Positions 49,103 to 61,939 of a DNA stretch of 64,000 nt are shown piece by piece (within the stretch, counting starts at the first letter, position 1; every line of letters begins with the position of its first letter). The position numbers were made by a program, and so were the translations under genes. The notes under the pieces are model-generated. The model had not been told where the DNA came from, ran no database searches, and saw only the letters and a program-made list of their open reading frames with translations. The DNA comes from Octopus bimaculoides (lineage: Eukaryota), in assembly GCF_001194135.2 (NCBI RefSeq), contig NC_068992.1, positions 36,671,021 through 36,735,020 on the forward strand. The letters run 5' to 3'.

Positions 49103-52100
49103 TGTAATAGTAATGGTAGTGTATCATGTATATACTTTCATCCCCCCTGCTTCGTTATATTATATATCCAACTAGGATATAAAAGTGGTGACGAGTTGTT
49201 CGAAGCTTGCGTTGGACGTTTAAATTTTTTTATCGTACGAAACCAAAGAAAAAGTTGTTCAATATGGAGAACTTATTGGTCTCCGTAGTGCAGTTGCAAC
49301 AGTAGCAGCAGCAGCAACAACAACAACAACAGCAACTATAGCAGCTGCAACAGCAGTTACAGCAGCAATTTCAGCATCAGCAGCAACAGCTACAACAGCA
49401 ACAACAACAAAACCAACAGTCGCTGGAATTAACGCTGAAGGAGTCTGAAAATATTTCAGGTTCGTAATCACCAGACAGCGTAGCAAACTCAATTGAAGAA
49501 TTCAACTATAAACCAGAAGAAAGGATTACCTTCTCTGCTTATTTTTGTAGATACGAAAAATCTTCAAAGAATATAAAAGTTGGTCCGACGAGAAAAAAGT
49601 ACGATTATTTTTAAGAAAGTAAAGTTATCCCCTGCCGAACATGAAAAATATAGTAATTATATTCTGCCAAAGAAACCAGGGGAGTTTTTTTCAATGAAAC
49701 AATCGATATTTCATCGAAATTTTTCAATGAGAGAAGTACCCTGTTTAATACTCGCTGGCAATGTTTAAATTTGGTCAAAAAAAAAATGATGAAAATTTCA
49801 TCTAAGCCAGAGTGGTTAACAGAGAGTGTGAGAAATGCAAATTGAATACGTTGACCCTGGACATGTTCGCGTGTTTAATTTTTGTTCAATGGCTTACTGC
49901 AAGCAAAGATGCAGGTATGTGTTCCTGGATATTAACAAAATTAGCTCAGGATCAAAATTTAACTTTATACGCAGTAGCAGAAGAATGTCAGAGGATTATA
50001 AATCTATGACATGATGCAAATAAAACTGAAGAGAAAGATTGCTCTCAGATTCAAGTGTGTCCACCGGTAACGAATAAGAAACAAGAAAAAATGTCAAGGC
50101 CGAATCTATGTTAAGGGTGCGGCGATCTACATTTTAAATATAAATGTCCGTTTAAAAATCTAAAATGCTTCAAGTGTGGTAAAATAGGCCATAAAATGTC
50201 ACGCTGTAGGACAGAACCTGTTGTTGTCGGCACTCCGTCGCTTACGACGTCCGATGAACGGAACAGCCTGCTCGTCAAATTAACGTGCAAGTGGCAACTG
50301 GCTAAGCACTCCACAGACACGTGTACTCTTAATGTAGTTCTTGGGGGGGATTCAGCGTGACACAGTGTGACAAGGTTGACCCTTTGAATTACAGGCACAG
50401 CAGAAACAGGAAGTAAGAGTGAGAGAAAGTTGTGGTGAAAGAGTACAGCAGGCTTCGCCACCATCCCCTGCCGGTGCCTCGTGGAGCTTTAGGTGTTTTC
50501 GCTCAATAAACACTCGCAACGCCCGGTCTGGGAATCGAAATCGCGATCCTATGACCGCGAGTCCGCTGCCATAACCACTGGGCCATTGCGCCTCCACAGG
50601 ACAGAACCTATAGGGAGGTTTAACAGAAAAAATCGCGTAAACGGATTATCGGTAAGAAAAAGTACGAACAAACCTCAAAGAAAATTTGTGTATGTAAAAA
50701 TTAATAACACAAACGTAAAGTTACAATTGGATTCAGGCAGTGACATCTTAATAACTAACTAAATTAGATGAAACTTCGAAAATTGCCTGTGGTGTTTCAG
50801 GAAAAAAATTATATTTTAAGGGCGAATTGATAACTAACATCAGATTTCGTGAAAAAACTTAAAAGCCAAAGCTTTTGTGTTAAACAATACCACAAATTTA
50901 TTCGGTACTGACTGGATGGAATTACTTAACCTATGGGACCTCTCCATAAATCTTTTCTGTAAAAATGTGAATGGTTTTTCCTCCAGCAAAAAAAATGTCG
51001 TCAAACGAATTGAAAAGAAAAATTTTAAAGTCCTGTCTGATAAATTAGGACTGTGTACCAAAACGAAAGCGTGGTTTCAGATTAAAGAAAACTTCATACC
51101 AGTATTTAAATAAAATACGAACTGTATCATTCGCAGCGTTATAACAGATAGATAGAGAGAGAGATTAGAAAAAATTGAAGCTATCCAAAAAGTGGAATAT
51201 AGTCAATGGGCATCACCAACTGTGTACATTAATAAAAAAAGATAATAAAATCAGAGTGTGTGCTGATTTCTCCACTGGTTTAAACGAATGTCTTAAAACG
51301 TGCCACTATCTGCTACCTACTCCAGATGATATTTTTGCGAAATTAAACGGCAGCAAGATATTTTCTAAATTGGATCTCTCTGTCGCGTACCTAAAAATTA
51401 GAGTAGACGATGAATGCTCTAAATATCTAACAATTAACAAACATATAGGATTGTATAAATACAACAGGTTATCATTTGGCTTAAAAGTCGCACCAACGTC
51501 TTTTCAACAGATTATGGATGCAATGTTAGCGGACTGAATTCGCAATTCCATATCATTAAAAGCGAATGTGTATTCGAAAAAATTAGGGACTACGGCTTTA
51601 CTTTGAGTGAAGAAAAGTGTGAACTTTTCTTACCGAAATAAGATATTTAAGACAAATCATTGACAGAAATGGACGTCGTGCATCCCCGTTGAGGGAAGAC
51701 GCAATTAAAAATATGCCCCCTCCGACAAATATAGCGATTTTACAAGCATTTTTGGGAGTGTCACATTATTACCGAAATTATATTTTAAATATGCACAATG
51801 TGAGGGTTCCACTGAATAATCTGCTCAAAAAAGGTATGAAATGGAATTGGTCGGAAAATTGTCAAAAGGCCTTTGAAGAAATAAAAAAAATATTAATATC
51901 TGATTTGTCGTTATCACACTTTGATCCTGCAGCGGAGGTTGTAATAGCTTTAGACGCGTCTGAGTACGGTATAGGAGCAGTAATGCTACATAAATATAAA
52001 GATGGTAACATGAAAGCGATGGTTCATGCCTCACTTTCTCTGATATCAGCTGAGAAAAATTATAGCCAAATTGAAAAAGAAGCTTTAGCGATCATTTTTG

Positions 52101-52540
52101 CCATAAAAAGATTTCACAGATTTTTACACGGAAGAAGTTTTCGTCTACAGACTAATCATCATCCGTTATTATCGATATTTGGGTCGAAAAGGGAATCCCT
52201 TCCATACTGCTAATCGATTGCAACACTGGATATTATTAAACTATGATTTCAAGATGGAGTATATATCATCCAAGAAGTTTAGCTCATGCTGATTGTCTAT
52301 CATGATTGATTTTAAGAAATGCTGAACTATTGGGAGATACTGTGATTGATGTTTTGCGAGCGGAAGATGAAATTTAAAATGTTTTGTGTAACGTCATTCG
52401 TGAATAAAAAAAGGTACTGAAACCTATTTGAAAATGATACCAGGCTTACCATCCCTACAAGTAGTGCAAAAAATCGTGTTAACTGGAACGACTCATGTAC
52501 TGAGAAGAGCATTATCGCTGTGAAAACAACATCCATTAAT
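49103..52540 (+). mobile_element. Ty3/Gypsy LTR retrotransposon remnant (gag, protease, RT, RNase H)
   Basis: PBS-like TGGTGACGAG at 49186-49195; CFKCGKIGHKMSRC knuckle; LQLDSGS; WASP..RVCADF..LDLSVAY..FGLKVAP; DASEYGIGAV..YSQIEKEALA; YxDD region deleted. Confidence 0.92.
50220..50597 (-). mobile_element. tRNA-derived SINE inserted in the Gypsy element
   Basis: GGAGGCGCAATGGCCCAGTGG A-box and TTTCGATTCC B-box; 12-bp TSD AGGACAGAACCT at 50208-50219 and 50598-50609. Confidence 0.92.
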
Positions 52541-52696
52541 GAATTATTCATTAATTATTTTTTTTTTAAAATACATATTTTACCTGTGAATTTGCGTGTG
52601 AAAACTGGGAATGCATACAATGAGCTTCTTCTGCCCTAGGTGTACAGAAAACACTCGGCAAGAAATGAAAGAAATTTTGAAGAAAGAAGAAAAAAC

Positions 52697-52728
<32 letters not shown>

Positions 52729-53199
52729 NNNNNNNNNNNNNNNNNNNNNNNNNNNNNNNNNNNNNNNNNNNNNNNNNNNNNNNNNNNNNNNNNNNNNNNN
52801 NNNNNNNNNNNNNNNNNNNNNNNNNNNNNNNNNNNNNNNNNNNNNNNNNNNNNNNNNNNNNNNNNNNNNNNNNNNNNNNNNNNNNNNNNNNNNNNNNNNN
52901 NNNNNNNNNNNNNNNNNNNNNNNNNNNNNNNNNNNNNNNNNNNNNNNNNNNNNNNNNNNNNNNNNNNNNNNNNNNNNNNNNNNNNNNNNNNNNNNNNNNN
53001 NNNNNNNNNNNNNNNNNNNNNNNNNNNNNNNNNNNNNNNNNNNNNNNNNNNNNNNNNNNNNNNNNNNNNNNNNNNNNNNNNNNNNNNNNNNNNNNNNNNN
53101 NNNNNNNNNNNNNNNNNNNNNNNNNNNNNNNNNNNNNNNNNNNNNNNNNNNNNNNNNNNNNNNNNNNNNNNNNNNNNNNNNNNNNNNNNNNNNNNNNNN

Positions 53200-54459
53200 G
53201 CTACAATATCCTTAACTGGACACTAAACGAACTATCTAAAATAGATAGGAAAACAAGAAAAATAATGACAGGATATAGGATGCACCACCCAAAATCTGAC
53301 TTAGAAAGGCTATGTATACAACGCACAGAAGGTGGCAGGGGTCTTATACAGCTGGAAAACTATTAAAAATAACCACCATAGGACTGCAAAAATACCTATT
53401 CCAGAAGCAAGGAAAACTAATACAAATAGCCACAAAACACAAGCAAAACAAAAAACTGTTTTCAGTATTTAAGGAAGCTGACAAATACAAACAAGAAATC
53501 ATACTACCTAACAAATACAACGAAACAACGAAAGCTATAAAACAAATGAAATCCAAACTAAAACTAAAACAGCAACAGACCATGATAAAACGATGGCAAG
53601 AAAAGCCCCTTCATGGCAAATGCTGGGCTAAATTAAATGCAAAAGAAATAGACAGAAAAATCCCAGCAATGGTTGAGAAGCTCAGGACTCAAAGCAGAGA
53701 CTGAAGGATTTTCAATTGCTGTACAAGACCAAAGCCTCCCCACCAGAAATTACAAAAAAAAAAAAAATAATAAAAAGAAATATAACAAGTAACTGCAGAA
53801 TATGTGGCGGTGGACAGGAAACCATAAATCATATTATTTCTGGCTGCCCAGTCCTGGCTAAGAAGGAATATATTCACAGACACGACAGAGCTGGGACCTA
53901 CATACATTGGAAGCTATGCCAACACTATGGAATAACAAGCGAAAAAAGATAGTATAGGCACACGCCAGAAAAGGTCACAGAAAATGAGAAAGCAACCATA
54001 CTCTGGGATATGCCAATACACACAGACAGAGGAATTAAGGCCAATAAGCCAGATATAGTTCTCAGAGATCATGAAGATAAATGCTTTCTAATTGATGTAT
54101 CAATGCCAGCAGATGACAACGTTTCCCTAAAAGAAATGGAGAAACTTTCAAAATACAAAGACCTGGAAATAGAGATAACTCGAATGTGGAATCTAAAAAC
54201 AAAAACAATTCCTATCATAGTAGGTGCCTTAGGTATAATAAAAAATATTCAGACGAATACATAACAAAAACACCAGGACTTACAAATATATATAACATAG
54301 AGAACATTGCACTACTGGGCACTGCACACATCCTACGCAAGACAATTTCAATACAGTAACCATAAGAGCATCACAACAAACCACAGCACATACCCAAGGC
54401 ACACAGAGCTGCGCTCGGTAGTGAAGTGAAAGCACACTATAAAAATAAAACTACTGAAC
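53200..54459 (+). mobile_element. R4/Dong-type RLE non-LTR retrotransposon, 3' part
   Basis: CRICGGGQETINHIISGC, HRHD, KPDIV..LIDV..EKLSKYKDL; (AAT)n at 52697-52728 and 54460-54531. Confidence 0.92.
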
Positions 54460-54567
<108 letters not shown>

Positions 54568-54789
54568 ATGGAAAGTAGAAAATAGAAATAATACTTCTCC
54601 AATAGGTAACGTCTCCAGCGAGGACAGAAATGACGCAAGCTCAAAGTTGAAACCGAAAGTATCGATTCGGTCCTTGGGCTATTTCAGACGTGAAATATAA
54701 CTGAAACTAACAACATTATTTGAGCTGCAGCTATGGTTGCTGCAGATAGGGTTGGATACAAAAGAAGTGAACAAACAGAACGTAAAGAA

Positions 54790-56229
54790 TCATACTAGCG
54801 AAGACGAATTTTTGAGAAACAAAGTTAAAAATTCATTTAGGACATGTTGATAGATTGAGTAAAGGATAATTGCAGTACGAAAGCATAAGAATAGTGAAAC
54901 AAAGAGTAGTAGCATTGAAGGTAAAACTGGAAAGATATGACAATAGAACAACACAATTCAGGCAAAACATTGTTTGAAGGAAATCAGAAGAAACTGTTTC
55001 AGGAATTAGATGGGCAATTACACGTAACAATGAGACCAGATGTAGAGGAAAACAAGGCATTCTGGAGAGGGATCTGGGACCAACCTGTAGAGCAGAGTGG
55101 CTGCATGAACTCACAGAGAGGTTAAGAAATATAGAAGGCCAAGTTCACATTAGAATCACTGCAGAAATGATAAAAAAGCAGTTAAGAAAATTCCCAAATT
55201 GGAAGAGTCCAGGACCGGATGGGTCCAAGGATATTGGACAAAGAGCTGAGGGGACTCCATGAAAGGAGCTAGATGAGTGTTTGCAGGAAGACGCAGTGTC
55301 CAACTGGATGACAAATGGTAAGACATTGTTATGTACCTAGGATCCTGAAAAGGGAAGTGTTGCATCCAACTTTCGACCAGCGTATGTCGAAACTTATGTC
55401 AGGTGCTTTAGCCGATGAACTGTATAGTACTTAGAAAAACGTGGGCTGTTATCTATTGAACAGAAAGGGTACCGAAAGAGAAGCTGGGCAACGAAGGATC
55501 AGCTCTTAATCGATAATCTAGAAACTGCAAGAGACAAACGGATTTGACAGCAGAGAATCAAGTATTAGGAGAGGTGAAAATCAAGAGAGGAATCTTCCAG
55601 TAGGAAAGTATGTCCCCAGTAATCTTTGTGTTGGGAATGATCCCCTTAAGTAAAATACTACAGAAAACAAAGCTGGGGTATGATCTGGGAAGAGGTAATG
55701 GAAAATTGAACCACTTGCTATTCATGGTCGATTTGAAGTTATTTCACAAAAGGTGAGGCAGAACTGGACAGCCTAATCCAGTCTGTGTGGATTTTCTCCA
55801 ATTATATTATGATGGAATTTAGTCTCTCAAAATGTGCTACGACGGTTATGAGACTAGGAAAGCTTGCCAGGACAGAAGGCATATGTCTGCCAAGTGGGAA
55901 GATGACGAAGGTAATTCAATCTCGATCAAGCTAAAAATACTTGGAAATACTTGAGGCAGATCGAATTAAACAACGACATGAAGGAAAAGACAAAAAGAGA
56001 GTACTTGCGGAGAGTGAGGAAAATATTGACTTCAAAGCTGAATGCCAGAAACATAATTTCGGCAATAGACTCACGTGCAGTCGCAGTAGTACGGTATGGT
56101 GCTGGCATCCTGAAGTGGACAGAGGAAGAGCTAAAGGAGATGGACAGGAAGTAAAGAATGCTACTAATGAGGCAGACATTGATCGCTTATGCATGAAGAA
56201 AGCAAATAGAGGAAGAGGACTGATAAGTA
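54790..56229 (+). mobile_element. R4-type RT remnant, truncated before the endonuclease
   Basis: WKSPGPDG, QKGYRK..KDQLLID, RGIFQ, NHLLFMVDLKL, NIISAI..VRYGAG, RGRGLISIED. Confidence 0.85.
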
Positions 56230-56490
56230 TTGAAGACACACAAGATGTCGAAATATCGTTCACTAGATAACAATGGCACCCTTCTTTTAATTTTGGCTCT
56301 ATATCTTCAGGAGGAGTTACCTCAATCCTTTCTATATTAACCAAAATGAAGTAGATTGACAAATATCCTTTCTGAACCCGTTGAAGACACACAAGATGTC
56401 GAAATATCGTTCACTAGATAACAATGGCACTCTTCTTTTAATTTTGACTCTCTATCTTCAGGAGGAGTTACCTCAATCCTTTCTATATTA
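56230..56490. repeat. ~110-bp tandem duplication with a 41-bp spacer
   Basis: 56230-56339 and 56381-56490 are near identical. Confidence 0.9.
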
Positions 56491-56505
56491 TTATTATTAT
56501 TATTA

Positions 56506-56544
<39 letters not shown>

Positions 56545-56760
56545 GTAGTAGTAGTAGTAGTATTAGTATTATTATTATTATTATCATTAATAATGATAAT
56601 AATAAAAATAATGGTTATCTTACATGTGCCTAGTTTACACTTATCAGATTGTTTGTCATGCTGCGTATATTGGGCTTCGCATATTTGTATCCCAGTGTCA
56701 TTTTCATGGCATGAACTGCTCTCTCACTCAATAATAATAATAATGATGATGATGATGATG

Positions 56761-56838
<78 letters not shown>
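56491..56838. repeat. (TAT)n/(TAG)n and (AAT)n microsatellite block around ~130 bp of unique sequence
   Basis: Direct reading. Confidence 0.85.
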
Positions 56839-56840
<2 letters not shown>

Positions 56841-57355
56841 GCCATTATATACATACTGCATAACTATAAAAACTGTAAACAACAGCAAAACGTTTAAAAA
56901 AAAGAAAAATTCCAATAGCAAAACAACTTTAGAAATTCAAAAATTCAACAGGCTTAACATCTCTTACTCCCCCTATTCCCAAAGACTAGAATATTTACAA
57001 TTTCCAGTGAATATATAAGATCTCATCAAAATAAGTTACGAAACTTACATACCTACAACTTTCGAATACACATACGATCAGTTTTTAAAAAAAACTTTAA
57101 TATCTACAACTTCTGTGAATACCTATCATTTCCTTCCCCGAGTATTCGAAAATGTAAACATTCCTTTCATTGAAAAAATACTATTGCATTCTCCAACAGG
57201 ATAGACAAACGAACATCTCAAGAAAACTTTAAAACTTTAATATATTAAATTTTGTATAAAACGTATCACTGACTACATAAATATGTAAACATACCTTTTA
57301 TTGCAACAAAACAATTGAATGCAGAAACGGACAGATTCAACGACGTGAATATCCG

Positions 57356-57412
<57 letters not shown>

Positions 57413-58121
57413 NNNNNNNNNNNNNNNNNNNNNNNNNNNNNNNNNNNNNNNNNNNNNNNNNNNNNNNNNNNNNNNNNNNNNNNNNNNNNNNNNNNNNNNN
57501 NNNNNNNNNNNNNNNNNNNNNNNNNNNNNNNNNNNNNNNNNNNNNNNNNNNNNNNNNNNNNNNNNNNNNNNNNNNNNNNNNNNNNNNNNNNNNNNNNNNN
57601 NNNNNNNNNNNNNNNNNNNNNNNNNNNNNNNNNNNNNNNNNNNNNNNNNNNNNNNNNNNNNNNNNNNNNNNNNNNNNNNNNNNNNNNNNNNNNNNNNNNN
57701 NNNNNNNNNNNNNNNNNNNNNNNNNNNNNNNNNNNNNNNNNNNNNNNNNNNNNNNNNNNNNNNNNNNNNNNNNNNNNNNNNNNNNNNNNNNNNNNNNNNN
57801 NNNNNNNNNNNNNNNNNNNNNNNNNNNNNNNNNNNNNNNNNNNNNNNNNNNNNNNNNNNNNNNNNNNNNNNNNNNNNNNNNNNNNNNNNNNNNNNNNNNN
57901 NNNNNNNNNNNNNNNNNNNNNNNNNNNNNNNNNNNNNNNNNNNNNNNNNNNNNNNNNNNNNNNNNNNNNNNNNNNNNNNNNNNNNNNNNNNNNNNNNNNN
58001 NNNNNNNNNNNNNNNNNNNNNNNNNNNNNNNNNNNNNNNNNNNNNNNNNNNNNNNNNNNNNNNNNNNNNNNNNNNNNNNNNNNNNNNNNNNNNNNNNNNN
58101 NNNNNNNNNNNNNNNNNNNNN

Positions 58122-61100
58122 NTGGGGTCGGTTAGACTGAGGGTGGGAGTAGAGGTGGGTATGTGGGTTAGGCTGAGGGTGTGGGCAGAGGTGGGGTATG
58201 TGGGAATGGGGGTAAGGGATGGGATAGGGTGGTATGGATAGCGAAGGTGGGGTTGGATTGTGTAGGAGTAGGGTTACGAGGGTGGGGTGATGATAAAGGG
58301 AGAGGGGAAGGGAGAATGTGGGTAAGAGTGAAGAGAAGAGAGAAGGAGAGTAGGCGTGAAGAGAGGAAATAGGAGTCGGAGCAAGAGAGGAGAGGTGGGA
58401 GGGAGCAAGTAGGTGTGAGAGGGAGAAAGGAGAGGGAAGGAGGAGAGTTGAGCCCATGTGGCGCAAAAGAGCGAAGAGACGATTAATCCCTGTTCACGCG
58501 AAAACGGGAGTGCAGATGGGCCCTGTGCAAGGACATTCCGAACAAAGACAGGTGTTGCAAAGAGTTACCGGTAGAGCGGAAATGGCGCGAGACCGGGGTG
58601 TCATTGCCGAGTCGGATGTCTCGGTTTTCTGCGAACAGGTCAGCCAAGCGGCGTCCCGTTTGCCCTATGTATAGAGAAGGGCAGAGAGAGCAAGAGATGC
58701 AGTAGATGACACTGGTAGAAGTGCGGGTGAAGGAGTCGGTGATATGATAGGGTTGATGATGGGTGCCGGTGAGAAGGGTGGTGTTGGAGAGGTAAGGGCA
58801 AGTGCGGAATCGTGGGAGGGAGCAAGGGAACGAGCCGGGTTGGGAGGTTGGGTTAGGGAAGAAGCTGCTGACCAAGAGGTCTTGTGGGTTTTGGGCTCGT
58901 TTGAAGGAAGAGAGGGGTCGGACTGGAGTCGCTAGAAGGTTCGGAGAATGGGGTGTTGGAGAGGTAGAGTGGTGGTGTGGTAGCTGAGGGGAAACGGAGA
59001 GTGAGACGGTGGGACGGGTGTGGGGGAGATAGCAGATGCACAGTCCACGGAACGTGCTCTGGCAAGGGCGGTGTGGATAGTGGTGAAGAGATATCCACGT
59101 AGGATGAAGTGGTGAGCCATGAATTTCGACTGTCTCAAAGTCATGATCGTCACTGCAGAATCTGTATAGACAGAGGAATTGGAAATAGGGGATGGAAAGC
59201 TTAGTGTGTTTAGTGTGGAAGGAGGAGAAGTTGAGGTATGAATGTGAGTCTGTGTGTTTATAGTGGATGGAGGTGGTGAGAGTGGAGTGATGAATGCTGA
59301 CCGAAAGGTCAAGAAAGGAGACAGAGGTGTCAGAGATAGTGCAGAAGAAGCAGAGGGCAGGATGGAAAGATTTGACAAAAGAGAGGAAGGCTTCTAGATG
59401 GTCACGGGAGAGTGAGGTCGCACCGATACATTCGTCAATAAAATGGCCATATAGTTCGGGAGTGGGACCAGTGAAACTTGAGAATATTTGGGCCTCAACG
59501 TAACCAACGAACAGGTTCGCATAGTTGGGGCCCAGTTCTCTTTCCCATGGCCACTCCCGCGAACTGCTGGTAAATATTACCAGAGAACGAGAAGCAGTGG
59601 AGTGAAAGGACAAGTTCGGCCAGAGGAACGAATGTGGATGTGTCGGNNNNNNNNNNNNNNNNNNNNNNNNNNNNNNNNNNNNNNNNNNNNNNNNNNNNNN
59701 NNNNNNNNNNNNNNNNNNNNNNNNNNNNNNNNNNNNNNNNNNNNNNNNNNNNNNNNNNNNNNNNNNNNNNNNNNNNNNNNNNNNNNNNNNNNNNNNNNNN
59801 NNNNNNNNNNNNNNNNNNNNNNNNNNNNNNNNNNNNNNNNNNNNNNNNNNNNNNNNNNNNNNNNNNNNNNNNNNNNNNNNNNNNNNNNNNNNNNNNNNNN
59901 NNNNNNNNNNNNNNNNNNNNNNNNNNNNNNNNNNNNNNNNNNNNNNNNNNNNNNNNNNNNNNNNNNNNNNNNNNNNNNNNNNNNNNNNNNNNNNNNNNNN
60001 NNNNNNNNNNNNNNNNNNNNNNNNNNNNNNNNNNNNNNNNNNNNNNNNNNNNNNNNNNNNNNNNNNNNNNNNNNNNNNNNGAGGAGATGAGGTCATGGAT
60101 AGTGGGGGACACAGTTTGTTGGTAGCTGGGCGTGGGGTCAGAGGGCAGAGGGCAGCAGAAGGAGGTGTCTTGAAGTTAGCGGAGAGTTTCCGCCCTGTAG
60201 AGGTCTGCGCGCCACACTACCATGGCACCACCCTTGTCGGCCAGTTTTATGATGATGTCAGTGCGACGTCGGAGACATCAAAGGGCCGACAGCTTGGCTG
60301 GAGAGATGTTCATTGACGGGGACGCCTGGAAAAGTTAAACCGGTCCACTGGGATGGTCGGCGGCCCTCGTCGATAAAGCAGTCCTCCTCATTAGACGCAG
60401 GAGGAGTGTTGCGAAAAAGCGCACACAACCTAACACGGCGCACAAAGCTGTGGATATCCGCACGAGTCTGAAATATGTTGCTGGATGGAGTGAGGGTGAT
60501 GAAGAGCAGGCCCCTACTGAGGAGGGAGCGCTCAGCCTCAGAGAAGGGAAGATCTGGAGAAATGGTAACAGACTGAAGTGGAGAAGGCGTGGATGGGAAA
60601 GAAATAGAAGGGGTGGATGGGATAGAAGTAGGAGAGGTGGACAGGATAGAAGTCGGAGGGGTGGTGGGGATGGTGGAAGGCTGGAAGGGACGGGGGCGTT
60701 GGTGAGGGTAGGATGAGCGTATCAGGGAGGGAGAGGGGTAGTGGAGGAGTCGGGGTAGTGACAACGGGTGTGATGGAATGAAGGAGTGAATGGAGTTTAC
60801 GTTGTTTGGTGTGAGTGAGAAATTGATGAAAGAGATGATTAAAATGAATTATGTAACGTAACGTAGTGTTTGCATGGGAGGGCGACTGAGAAGAGAAGAA
60901 GATGGAAAAAGCAAGAGGGAGAAGACAGTCGATGGTGTGTATTTTAGAGAGATTAGAACGAATGGTGGCGCCCATAAGCCGGTAGAATGTAGAACGGAGT
61001 ATGGGTAGGAGTGTTGTAGCAGAGTGGTGTGTGGGGTGGAAATGGAGGCGGAAACCTTTAGGAATGAGGCGGTGATGCAAGTAGTGGCTGAGAAACGAAA

Positions 61101-61900
61101 TGTGACTACAGAAACGAGATTTTTGAAAATTAGTAGCGAAAGGCTAATAGAAGGCTGAAAGCTGCGGAAAGGAAGTGTCGAAAGGTGTTGAGGCTTTGGT
61201 CTTGTGCAGCAAGACCAAAGGAAGGTGGAAGAGGAAAGGATTGTAATCGGGTATGATTGTAAAAGGAGAAGAAAAGAAAAAGAAAGGAGAAAAAGGGAAA
61301 AAAGAGGGAGAGAGAGAAGGTTATTAAAGATGTGATGTGGAAAAATTCAAAAGGTGTTAGGGAGAAAAAAAGCAAAAAGCGCGAGGAGAAAAATGCAAAA
61401 GGCGTGAGGAAAAAAGAATATATATGAGAGGTGGGAGAAGAGAATAAAAACAACGAAAGAAAGGACGAAGGCGGAAGAAACAGAGAAAAAGGGGAAGAAG
61501 GGGAGAAGAGAAGACGAAAGGGAAAAAGGAAGGGAGGGAGAGAGAGGCAAGGTAACAGGTGCGGATTAGAGAAAACAGAGTAAGAACAACCAAAATAGGA
61601 CGAAACAACGATAGGAAAGAGCAGAAAGTACAAAAAAAGTTTAGAAAGTACAAAACGTTTTAAAAAGTTCAAAAGGTCTAAAAGCTTCGAACGTCATGGT
61701 GTATTGGAACGATTTCTCATCAACAGAAGAGTCTAGTGTAATCCATGGGAAGGAGAGGTGCAGCTGAAGTGTACGAGAGTAGAAAGTCCAGGTAAAGAAT
61801 CCATGTAGAATAGTCCAGTGTAGACGGTGTAAAAATTCGTTGGGTAATGAGAGGAAACAGGATCGACTGGTGCGACCACGTGAGCGTGTAATACATGGGA
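58122..61900 (-). mobile_element. Near full-length Neptune-like Penelope (RT plus GIY-YIG), decayed
   Basis: HISFLSHYLHHRLIPKGF, ADKTG, YQQFAGVAMG..LGPNYANLF, FLDLSV, CSLPRFRTCP, VIYCISCSLCPSLYIGQTGR..VSRHF. Confidence 0.9.
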
Positions 61901-61939
61901 AAAATTCACTAAAAAATAAAAGACGAAGAACTAGTCATT

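Noticed and set aside
61670-61730. Minus-strand TTGATGA..GAAGCTTT hammerhead-like motif at the 5' end of the Neptune-like element
   Set aside because: Both core halves are mutated and helix I is not evident.
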